64,000 nucleotides of DNA from Oligoflexales bacterium (GTDB lineage Bacteria > Bdellovibrionota_B > Oligoflexia > Oligoflexales > CAIYRB01), in assembly GCA_041736175.1 (NCBI GenBank), contig JBGSUI010000056.1, forward strand, positions 94,347 to 158,346. Direction: 5' to 3'. The position numbers and the translations under genes are program-made. The notes under the pieces were generated by a model. It saw nothing but the letters and a program-made list of their open reading frames with translations. It searched no databases and was not told the DNA's origin. Positions 54,863 to 63,152 of this stretch are shown in pieces (position 1 is the stretch's first letter; the number at the start of each line of letters is the position of its first letter).

Positions 54863-57487
54863 ATGAAAATATCCATTCAGTGGCTCAGTGATTACATCGA
54901 CCTCAAAGACATTTCGGTCCCCCAGATCACCCAAGCCTTAACAGATATAGGTTTAGAGGTGGAAGCCGTCACCTCAGAGTCGTCCCTTCCCTTTGACTCT
55001 ACCGGGATTGTGGTCGGCGAGGTCTTGGCGGCCGCCCGGCATCCCAACGCGGACCAGCTCCAAGTCTGTACGGTCACCGTCGGTCCTGGCGAGCCACTGT
55101 CCATCGTCTGTGGCGCCCCCAATGCTCGCCAAGGAATCAAAGTCGCCGTGGCCCAGGTGGGCGCGGTGCTGCCAGGGGATTTTAAGATTAAAAAATCAAA
55201 GATCCGCGGTGAGACCTCATGGGGGATGCTCTGTAGCGAAAAGGAGCTTGGTCTGTCGGGGGAGCATCAGGGGATTTTAGAGTTAGGTTCTAACGCTCGG
55301 GTGGGAGCGAACCTCGCTGAGATCCTAGGTCCAGGAGATTCGGTCTTAGAGATCAAGGTGACCCCAAACCGCTCGGACTGCTTGAGCTACCTGGGAGTCG
55401 CCAGGGATTTAGCGGCCAAACTAGGCCGCACCCTGCGGGAGTTTAAGGGGATCCCCCAGGATGCCCAAGGGCTATTAGATACGGCCCCCCATATCACAGA
55501 CACCCAACCTCTCAAAGTTTCCATCCACGGAGAATCCCTAAGCGACCGATTTGTAGCCCTTGTGGTCCACGGCGTCGCGGCTAAACCATCTCCCGACTGG
55601 ATGCAAAAGCGGCTAAAGTCTGCAGGGATGCGGCCTATCAATATCATCGTCGATGCCACCAACTATGTGATGTTGGAGTTTGGCCAGCCTTCCCATGCCT
55701 ACGACCTGCGGGCGATCAGGGGAGGGGAGATTGGGGTGCGGGCTCTTGAGGGGCCCGAGACCTTTGTGACTCTTGACGGTGTGACCCGGTCTCTTAATCA
55801 GGGCGACCTGGTGATTGTCGATGGAGAAGGGGTTCTCGGGCTTGCGGGGGTGATGGGAGGCGCTGCCAGCGAGGTGCGCGACGACACCACGTCCATCGTG
55901 ATCGAAGTGGCGGCTTTTTCCCGGACCATGGTGCGCAAGACCTCAAAAAGGCTAGGTCTACAAAGCGAGGCGTCCTACCGGTTTGAGCGGGGGACCGATC
56001 TAAGCCGCTTGGTCCAGGTGGCCCTGCGGGTCGCCGCCTTGATTAAGGGGGAGGGGGTTCCCCTGTCCCAAGAAAGTCTCCAGGGCCAGGTGTTTAAGGA
56101 TCTCGGGCTGGGACCGATCTCGGATTTTTATCCCGGTAAGGGAAGTCCTCGGGTGATCGCCCTGAGGCTCAGTTTTTTAAGACAGATGCTACCCCAAACG
56201 CCGGCTTTGTCCCGGGACACTGTGATCGGAATCCTGGGGCGACTGGATCTTAAATATTTAGACGGCAACGAAGACCGCTTGGTCTTTCAGGTGCCTACCG
56301 CTCGCCATGATCTGGAACGGGAGGTGGACCTGGTGGAAGAGGTGGCCCGTATCCACGGCTACGACAAGGTGGGAGAGCAGATCCCCACCATGGGGATTAA
56401 GCCAAATCTCGAAAATCCTATCGTCGAATTTCTCGAAGACCTGCGGACGATCACCGCCCAGCGAGGACTCGTCGAAGTGGTGAGTTTTCCCTTTACCAGC
56501 GAAGAGGACTACAGGTCCTTGGGATTGAGCCCCGATCATTTATTTTGGCCACAGGTAGCTTTGCAAAATCCCATGAGCGAACGCTATGGATTTCTGCCGA
56601 CCACGCTGCTTCCTTGTCTGCTGCGGGCAGCCCAGAACAACCGGGCACGGGGTGATTTTGGCGGGCGGATCTTTGAATTAGGGAGAGGGTATTTTGGATC
56701 CTCCAAGGATTTTGCCAGTAAGAAGGGATCTGAAGGTTGGAAAGCCCTGACCAGTCCTTCTTCCCATATCAGCTTCAAGGCTCGGGAGGAGTCCAGCCGT
56801 CCCCAGGAACGCCTCTGGCTGACAGGGGTGTTAGACCAGCCTAAAGTCCAAAAAAAATGGGATGGCCCCCAGCAGGCGGTGGACTTTTTTATGGGCAAAC
56901 GACTGATCTCCGAGATCCTAGGAGCTTTTGGGGGAGCTTTTGGGGGAGCTTTTGGGATCCAAGGTTTGAATTGGAGCGCGCCCCAGGGGGACGACGTCCC
57001 CTGGTTGCATCCTGGCAGGTCAGCCTGGGTGATGATCGGACAGACCCGAGTAGGATATGTGGGTGAGCTGCATCCTGATGCGACCGTGCGGTGGCAGGGA
57101 GAGGGGGACGCGCCCCTTGTGTTTGAACTGATGGTGGATGGGCTCTTTAAAAAGCTGCAAAAGCAGCGTTCCCAAGGGATTTCACTCCAGCACCAGTTTT
57201 CCAAGTATCCCGGTATCAGCCGGGATCTAGCTTTGCTGTGTGAGGGGGCTTTAACCCATGGGGAGGTGGTGGCTGCTTTGGAAGGGTTTAAGGGAAAGCG
57301 TTTTCTAGAGTCCTGGGAGCTGTTTGACTGCTACCAAGGTCCCCATGTTCCCGAAGGTAAAAAAAGCCTCGGCTACCGTCTCAATTTTCGGTCTCCAGAC
57401 AAGACCTTAACCGACCCGGAGATCGAGGCGGAAGCTAGCCAGGTCCTCACCTGGCTTACGGAAAGACTGGGTGTGTCCCAACGCTGA
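54863..57487 (+). CDS. pheT: Phenylalanine-tRNA ligase beta subunit (874 aa, with insertions)
   Basis: HPNAD.L, IVCGAPN, GMLCS..ELG, TPNR.DCLS..GVAR, FERG.D, DLVEEVARIHGY, GELHP and a C-terminal FDX-ACB domain. Confidence 0.98.
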   Translation: MKISIQWLSDYIDLKDISVPQITQALTDIGLEVEAVTSESSLPFDSTGIVVGEVLAAARHPNADQLQVCTVTVGPGEPLSIVCGAPNARQGIKVAVAQVGAVLPGDFKIKKSKIRGETSWGMLCSEKELGLSGEHQGILELGSNARVGANLAEILGPGDSVLEIKVTPNRSDCLSYLGVARDLAAKLGRTLREFKGIPQDAQGLLDTAPHITDTQPLKVSIHGESLSDRFVALVVHGVAAKPSPDWMQKRLKSAGMRPINIIVDATNYVMLEFGQPSHAYDLRAIRGGEIGVRALEGPETFVTLDGVTRSLNQGDLVIVDGEGVLGLAGVMGGAASEVRDDTTSIVIEVAAFSRTMVRKTSKRLGLQSEASYRFERGTDLSRLVQVALRVAALIKGEGVPLSQESLQGQVFKDLGLGPISDFYPGKGSPRVIALRLSFLRQMLPQTPALSRDTVIGILGRLDLKYLDGNEDRLVFQVPTARHDLEREVDLVEEVARIHGYDKVGEQIPTMGIKPNLENPIVEFLEDLRTITAQRGLVEVVSFPFTSEEDYRSLGLSPDHLFWPQVALQNPMSERYGFLPTTLLPCLLRAAQNNRARGDFGGRIFELGRGYFGSSKDFASKKGSEGWKALTSPSSHISFKAREESSRPQERLWLTGVLDQPKVQKKWDGPQQAVDFFMGKRLISEILGAFGGAFGGAFGIQGLNWSAPQGDDVPWLHPGRSAWVMIGQTRVGYVGELHPDATVRWQGEGDAPLVFELMVDGLFKKLQKQRSQGISLQHQFSKYPGISRDLALLCEGALTHGEVVAALEGFKGKRFLESWELFDCYQGPHVPEGKKSLGYRLNFRSPDKTLTDPEIEAEASQVLTWLTERLGVSQR
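56921..56956 (+). repeat. 12-bp in-frame tandem repeat x3 in pheT (GGAGCTTTTGGG, GAFG)
   Basis: Three perfect units. Confidence 0.95.
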
Positions 57488-57830
57488 GGTTGTGGCTTAG
57501 CTGAGGAAAAACCGATGTAAACCTCAGCAGCAAAGATTGGTTAGCAATCGTCGCAGAGGCTAAAGTGTTGTTTAAGGATTACTTCATTAATGATTTTATT
57601 GGGTACCAGGAACAAGAAATTCTTTATAAAGAATGGTGGTAAACTTTAACAAACATAAGTGTTGCCAGAAAAGGATCTATGCCAGCCTGGGTGGACTTCC
57701 CTTTAGGTGTTTGGGACTTACACCCCATGTCTTGATTCCTCCATGATTTGCTATGAAAAGCGTGATGTTTTTCGAAACATTTCACGAAGAGCAAAAGCCG
57801 ATAGGGTAATCGTCGATATGCTCCTATATC

Positions 57831-57975
57831 GAGCGAACGCTATGGATTCCTGCCGACCACGCTGCTTCCTTGTCTGCTGCGGGCAGCACAGAATAACCGA
57901 GCAAGGGGTGATTTTGGAGGACGGATCTTTGAATTAGGGAGAGGGTATTTTGGATCATCCAAGGATTTTCCCAGT
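57831..57975 (+). pseudogene. pheT: pheT fragment A (copy of 56575-56719)
   Basis: 145 bp with 9 substitutions by manual alignment, 8 of them synonymous. Confidence 0.95.
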
Positions 57976-58385
57976 TAGCTAAGCCGCTCGACATATGGGT
58001 CGATTAGTATGAGGTGATCGCGCTCCAGACTGGCCCAAAAGAGCCCTCTGATACGGCGCGTGAATGAAAGTCTCGGCGTCGATAAAGTTTTCGTTCTATA
58101 GATAAGTGCTTCAAGGAGAGAGCGGGCCACACGCTCTTTTTCTCCGTCTGGGAGGGTCTCATCAAAGGATATGCCGTTTACGTTAACGCCTCCTTCACGG
58201 AGGTCGTCGTACACAAGGTAGCCGACCTCGTGCCCATCTTCCTCACAGACCAGCATTGGACTCGATATCAAACGCTCCTCAGAAGGGCCGATGCGGGATG
58301 CGCTAACCGAGACCTTGCACTCATAGTTCGAATCTTTTACCACCAAATTGGTCGAAGTGTTCATGAGGCTAGATGATTGTGACAT
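57975..58385 (-). CDS. Degenerate GNAT-fold-like protein
   Basis: EVGYLVY...VNGISFD...VARSLLEAL...LFW pattern, lacking the R/QxxGxG loop. Stop codon abuts pheT fragment A. Confidence 0.5.
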   Translation of the reverse strand: MSQSSSLMNTSTNLVVKDSNYECKVSVSASRIGPSEERLISSPMLVCEEDGHEVGYLVYDDLREGGVNVNGISFDETLPDGEKERVARSLLEALIYRTKTLSTPRLSFTRRIRGLFWASLERDHLILIDPYVERLS

Positions 58386-58695
58386 ATCCGGTTTGCTCCA
58401 AGCGATCGAAAAACGACTTCGCGTTCAGTCGGATCCTACCAGATATCACCGAAATAGGGCAAGAATAATCAGCGACTATAGTCGCCGCCAGAGCTTGGGC
58501 AATTCCCCTACCACGAAAAGACTCATGAAGATAGACCCCCTGTGAAACAGGAGGAGTCTCATCGAAGAGGAACCAGTGTCCAGCATGAGCCCCATCTTCA
58601 AAGACGTCGACCCTGAAGGCTTTGGCCTCTCCAAATCGCTTTTCAAGAGTTGTGCCGGTCCAAGTGAATGTAAGTTCACCATATTTTTGCGTCAT
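58369..58695 (-). CDS. Minimal GNAT family acetyltransferase
   Basis: VYLHESFRGRGIAQAL acetyl-CoA motif A; A.SFF.RL. Confidence 0.7.
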   Translation of the reverse strand: MTQKYGELTFTWTGTTLEKRFGEAKAFRVDVFEDGAHAGHWFLFDETPPVSQGVYLHESFRGRGIAQALAATIVADYSCPISVISGRIRLNAKSFFDRLEQTGYVTII

Positions 58696-58845
58696 TCCAT
58701 TTGCTCTTGTCTACCTTGGTTAAAAGCTCCTCATTTATACCGCAAAGTTAACGATGGTGAAATGAGGCACACAAAACTTCGGCAGGTTTTTGGTAGTTCA
58801 GAACTGGTGATCCATATTATGTCTTATATCGCAAATACTAGGCAT

Positions 58846-59720
58846 ATCCCAACGATGGGGATTAAGCCGACCCTCGAAAATCCTATCGTCGAATTTCTCG
58901 AAGACCTGCGGACGATCACCGCCCAGAGGGGACTGGTGGAGGTGGTGAGTTTTCCCTTTACCAGCGAAGAGGACTACCGGTCCTTGGGGCTGGGCCCCGA
59001 TCATTTGTTTTGGCCCCAGGTGACCTTGCAAAATCCCATGAGCGAACGCTATGGATTTCTGCCGACCACGCTGCTTCCTTGTCTGCTGCGGGCAGCCCAG
59101 AACAACCGGGCACGGGGTGATTTTGGAGGGCGGATCTTTGAATTAGGGAGAGGGTATTTTGGCTCCTCCAAGGATTTTGCCGGTAAGAAGGGATCTGAGG
59201 GTTGGAAGACCCTGACCAGTCCCTCTTCCCATATCAGCCACAAGGCCCGGGAGGAGACCAGTCGTCCCCAGGAACGCCTCTGGCTGACAGGGGTGTTGGA
59301 CCAACCTAAGGTCCAAAAAAAATGGGATGGCCCCCAGCAGGCGGTGGACTTTTTTGCGGGGAAGCGTCTGATCTCCGAGATCCTAGGAGCTTTTGGGGGA
59401 GCTTTTGGGGGAGCTTTTGGGGGAGCTTTTGGGGGAGCTTTTGGGATCCAAGGTTTGAATTGGAGCGCGCCCCAGGGGGACGACGTCCCATGGTTGCATC
59501 CTGGCCGGTCAGCCTGGGTGATGATCGGACAGACCCGAGTAGGATATGTGGGTGAGCTGCATCCTGATGCGACCGTGCGGTGGCAGGGAGAGGGGGACGC
59601 GCCCGTTGTTTTTGAACTGATGGTGGATGGTTTGTTTAAGAAACTTCAAAAGCAGCGTTCCCAAGGGATTTCACTCCAGCACCAGTTTTCCAAGTATCCC
59701 GGTATCAGCCGGGATCTAGC
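58846..59720 (+). pseudogene. pheT: pheT fragment B (copy of 56381-57231)
   Basis: Colinear, no stops or frameshifts, about 9 amino-acid changes and many synonymous changes, two extra 12-bp repeat units. Confidence 0.97.
59386..59445 (+). repeat. 12-bp tandem repeat x5 in pheT fragment B
   Basis: Five perfect GGAGCTTTTGGG units. Confidence 0.95.
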
Positions 59721-60010
59721 CCATTGTCGAGGTCACTGGCTGCAAACCATCTGAAGCTGGCGCGTTATGTATTCAAGGCATTCTTCTATTAAAATTAAAT
59801 GACTTTTCTCATCGAACAATGCAATGGGATACCGTTGCCGATGTTTATGGCTTGGCAAACTATCAAGCAAGCGATTGGTACGTTAAATTTACGCTGTATG
59901 AAGAGGGTGAACAAATAAAGTTAGAAGAGATTTCCTTTCATCCTCCAAAAAAGGAGCTAAAATTAGTCGATGGTCGGGTACTTCCAGGCACAGAAGGAGA
60001 TGAGTCATGA
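59720..60010 (+). pseudogene. MqsR-like toxin, 5'-truncated
   Basis: Frame is open from the pheT-fragment junction: PIVEVTGCKPSEAGALCIQGILLLKLNDFSHRTMQWDTVADVYG...WYVKF...ISFH. The only ATG (59819) lies inside the conserved core. Confidence 0.7.
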
Positions 60011-60429
60011 CATTAAAACTTAGATGCGGTGAATGTGGGCATCGGGGTTTGGTTGTGAAAAATGTCCGAGATTGGTGGGGTTTTCCTTGGAAGGAGTATC
60101 CATATGTCACCATACAAGTAGACTTTAGTTTGCCCGTGTGTCCTCAGTGTAACAATGTTGTGATACCCGGCGATGCCTTACATGGGCTGGATCAGGTATT
60201 AGAGAAATCCATTTTGAAAATGGTTTCATCTTTATTGGCAGAAATAAAAGATAAATACCATCTGTCATACAAAGTAATTGCGCATCTTACGGGGGTGACC
60301 CCTCAATATATGTCCATGCTACTAAATGAAAAAAAGATACCGTCCTATCACTTTGTTCAGCTTTTACGAATTATCCGCAAACATCCTGAGATACTTGATG
60401 AGTTAAAGAGCGAGAAATTCGGTACCTAA
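60007..60429 (+). CDS. MqsA-like antitoxin (zinc ribbon + HTH)
   Basis: CGEC...CPQC plus XRE-type HTH (IAHLTGVTPQYMSMLLN..K.PS); ATGA overlap with the toxin; RBS AAGGAG. Confidence 0.85.
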   Translation: MTLKLRCGECGHRGLVVKNVRDWWGFPWKEYPYVTIQVDFSLPVCPQCNNVVIPGDALHGLDQVLEKSILKMVSSLLAEIKDKYHLSYKVIAHLTGVTPQYMSMLLNEKKIPSYHFVQLLRIIRKHPEILDELKSEKFGT

Positions 60430-60482
60430 TTAAAATTTACGAGAGAGTCGAGCAATTAGAAACCTCAAAAAAAATGGGGCCT

Positions 60483-60521
60483 GTCATGGGAATTGCAGAT
60501 CTGTGTTTTTTCATAGATGGT
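60483..60521 (-). pseudogene. Short scrap of a paralogous HNH gene
   Basis: 32/39 identity to 61472-61510; encodes PSMKKHRSAIPMT versus PTAKKHRTAIPMA. Confidence 0.65.
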
Positions 60522-60553
60522 GCTAACTTCATTTACGGTTTCCAGGTGAGCAG

Positions 60554-61023
60554 TCTCGGGCTTGCGGGGGTTATGGGAGGCGCTGCCAGCGAGGTGCGCG
60601 ACGACACGACGTCGATCGTGCTCGAAGTGGCGGCTTTTTCCCGAACCATGGTGCGGAAGACCTCAAAAAGGCTTGGTCTGCAAAGCGAGGCTTCCTACCG
60701 GTTTGAGCGGGGCACGGATCTAAACCGCTTGGTCCAGGGGCCCTGCGGGTCGCAGCTTTGATTAAGGCAAAGGGGGTCCCGCAGTCCCAAGAAAGTCTCC
60801 AAGGCCAGGTGTTTAAAGATCTCGGGCTGGGACCGATCACGGATTTTTATCCCGGTAAAGGAAGCCCTCGGGTGATCGCCCTGAGGCTCAGTTTGACCGT
60901 CTGGTCTTTCAAGTGCCGACGGCCCGCCACGATCTGGAGCGGGAGGTCGACCTGGTGGAAGAGGTGGCCCGTATCCACGGCTACGACAAGGTGGGAGAAC
61001 AGATCCCCACCATGGGGATTAAG
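60554..61023 (+). pseudogene. pheT: pheT fragment C (copy of 55834-56401)
   Basis: Colinear, with a 1-bp deletion near 60738 and a 97-bp deletion (pheT 56176-56272) at 60894/60895. Confidence 0.97.
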
Positions 61024-61030
61024 GGGTGGG

Positions 61031-61132
61031 CCCCAGCCTTTGCACGTGCTCCCACACCGCACCACTCCCGGAGAGGACCACGCCGATGCTTGCTTCGGGG
61101 ACATCGACCCCTTCGTTGAGGACTTTTGACGT
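61031..61132 (-). pseudogene. Fragment of an XPB/Rad25-like SF2 helicase (motifs V-VI)
   Basis: Minus strand translates [34 protein letters not shown]; flanked by in-frame stops. Confidence 0.8.
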
Positions 61133-61165
61133 CCATTCTAATGCCCTGGGATTTTATAAAATTCG

Positions 61166-61196
61166 GGCTTCGACCGCTCCGTCGGCCAAAAGTCAC
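61166..61196 (-). repeat. 31-bp dispersed repeat, copy 1
   Basis: GGCTTCGACCGCTCCGTCGGCCAAAAGTCAC; 30/31 identical to 63860-63890. Confidence 0.9.
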
Positions 61197-61260
61197 TCCG
61201 AGTCGTCCGCCCCGACGCGTCCCTTTAGAGAGTTAGATCCCACTCCTGCCTCTTTTTCGT

Positions 61261-61845
61261 TCAAAATTCCTCCCCCAACTTTTCCCTTGCCGAAAGCTGA
61301 TTATGACGCCGGCAGGTAAGGGCAAGATTTTCTACCTCGTGGGTACCCCCATGACAGTGCATCGTCTGGACGTGATCGAGCTCTAAGTTAAACTTTTCCT
61401 TGCAACGACTCCCATCCACCTCCGTCCAAGTGCAGCGTCCGTCGTCCCGAGACCAAACCTCATGGCGCACAGCCATGGGAATTGCAGTCCGGTGTTTTTT
61501 CGCAGTTGGTTTCACCTCTGGAGTCACCGAATCCGGGACCACAGTCTCGGTCGGCGTTCGTCCCGGGGCGACACCCTCCTCGGTGTTCTTCCCCTGCCCC
61601 TTCTTTTCTTGTCTCTGCTTGGCCCTTTCAGCCTTTCGCAAAGGATCACGGTGTTCAAGGAGATCCCCTAAGGCACTGATCACCACCTCGGCATTCTTTG
61701 GTACATGACCCCCATGGGACATTACCTCGCGGGCACGGTCCAAAAGAGCCATCTCGGCTAAGGATCAAGGAGTTAAAGTCAGTGTGATTTGAACGGTCTC
61801 TTGTCCTGGCAACAGCGTTTTCCGCAAGGGTTGGGCCCGGGACGA
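61261..61845 (-). pseudogene. HNH endonuclease, degenerate and 5'-truncated
   Basis: IP..VRHEVWSRD.GRC...RC....LELDH...GG...ENL.L.CRRHN. Protein-like sequence continues upstream of 61752 through an in-frame TGA. Confidence 0.8.
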
Positions 61846-62085
61846 ATCAGTTGGCCAACCGTATGGTCGAACAAATTTCATAATAGCAATCGTGGAGTCT
61901 AACACCGTTCAGGTAAGAGTAGCTCCATCGGGGCGCCTTTGTGTTTTGAATTTTACAAAGAGTACCTCGTTTTTTTTAATTTATTCGATACCTATTACCT
62001 AAACGGTGTTATTTGTGTATTTTTAAGATGCAAGCTATAATTTTAAGGCTATTAAATTAGATATTGGTTATCTATCCCCCATCGG

Positions 62086-62739
62086 ATGACCCCCATGAAC
62101 CTACGTTTGACCAGACGCCGCACCTATGGACTCCTTCAGAGGATTCTCCATTGGTGGATTGCGCTGACGACCCTGGGCCTGATGGCGACAGGGGTCCTAG
62201 GCTCCCAGCTGGGCGGTAGTGGGGATAAGGTTTTTGTTAGACAGCTCCATCTCTTTACCGGAAAACTCCTTATCGTCGGCTTTGTAGGTCGTATCCTTTG
62301 GGGTATCATAGGCCCATCCCATGCTAAATTTTCGGCTTTGGTTTATCTCAAGTCATGGCTTAGCATGCTTAAGTCGCCGCGAATCCTTACTGCTGACGGG
62401 GATTTTGGGCATCATCCGCAAGCCTCCCTTTCCTATATTGGCCTGTATGGCATCCTCCTCGCGGGAGTCGCTTCGGGCCTCGGTCTCGCTGCCATCCTCT
62501 ATGGGGATGGTCTATTGGGAGACTCACTTATCGATCAATATGCCCGCTTAGATCTGGTGGAAACAGTCCACGGGAGCACCGTGTGGTTGATGGGGTTTTT
62601 TATCGTGACCCATATTGCCGCCATGATCTTCCACGAGGGTCGGGACAACATCCCCATCGTCCAAAGTATGTTTTCTGGATACCAATATAGGTCACTAAAA
62701 ACCCCAACAAGGGAGCAGGACATTGAAAAGATCACTTGA
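62086..62739 (+). CDS. Cytochrome b (b561/Ni-hydrogenase type) of the SHP/DHC operon
   Basis: RILHW, LH...G, RILWG.IGP.HAKF, GHHP, VH, THIAA...H and MFSG. Confidence 0.9.
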   Translation: MTPMNLRLTRRRTYGLLQRILHWWIALTTLGLMATGVLGSQLGGSGDKVFVRQLHLFTGKLLIVGFVGRILWGIIGPSHAKFSALVYLKSWLSMLKSPRILTADGDFGHHPQASLSYIGLYGILLAGVASGLGLAAILYGDGLLGDSLIDQYARLDLVETVHGSTVWLMGFFIVTHIAAMIFHEGRDNIPIVQSMFSGYQYRSLKTPTREQDIEKIT

Positions 62740-63142
62740 GCTCGTGGCATTGTGTTTTTTGTTTGTTGCAGCCCCGTCCCTAGTCTATGGGGATGTGACC
62801 AGCGACATCATCAAAGACTACGAAGGACAGGTCAAGAAGTCTGACAAGTCTTTTGCGGGATTCAGTGCCGAGCGCGGCAAGAAATTCTACTTGGCAGAAA
62901 ATACCACCAGCAAAGGAGAAAAACTTTCCTGTGCCACCTGCCATACCCCCGATCCAAAAAAATCCGGCAAAACCAAAGCCGGCAAACCCATCGACCCAAT
63001 GGCCGTTTCTGCTAACAGCAAAAGATACACCGACAAAGCAAAAGTAGAAAAATGGTTTAAGCGAAACTGTAAGGATGTCTACGACCGGGAGTGTACGCCC
63101 CTCGAAAAAGGTGATTTTATCACATTTATGAAATCTCTATAA
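62723..63142 (+). CDS. shp: Sphaeroides heme protein-like monoheme cytochrome c (DUF1924)
   Basis: SAERG..F, SCATCH, I.PMA.SAN..R.TD.AKVEKWFKRNC.DV..RECT..EKGDF. Confidence 0.92.
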   Translation: MKRSLELVALCFLFVAAPSLVYGDVTSDIIKDYEGQVKKSDKSFAGFSAERGKKFYLAENTTSKGEKLSCATCHTPDPKKSGKTKAGKPIDPMAVSANSKRYTDKAKVEKWFKRNCKDVYDRECTPLEKGDFITFMKSL

Positions 63143-63152
63143 AAGGGCTCCT

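Noticed and set aside
57707..57937. 76-aa ORF
   Set aside because: Out-of-frame reading of pheT fragment A plus intergenic DNA.
57805..58831. Weak shared motif GGT.ATC...TATG..C.TATATCG just upstream of pheT fragments A and B
   Set aside because: Short, gapped and AT-rich, at different distances from the junctions; cannot be distinguished from chance by eye.
58576..59754. 392-aa ORF that looks like a second PheT-like gene
   Set aside because: Chimeric: the N-terminus is antisense GNAT and intergenic sequence read in frame into pheT fragment B. Treated as a pseudogene fragment, although translation from an internal ATG is not excluded.
60474..61129. ORFs 60474-60761, 60758-61129 and 60913-61119
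   Set aside because: These are frameshifted pieces of pheT fragment C fused to flanking scraps.
57488..61845. Classical prophage, ICE or integron integrated in pheT
   Set aside because: No integrase, phage genes or attC-like sites recognised, and the duplicated pieces are internal to pheT, not its 3' end.
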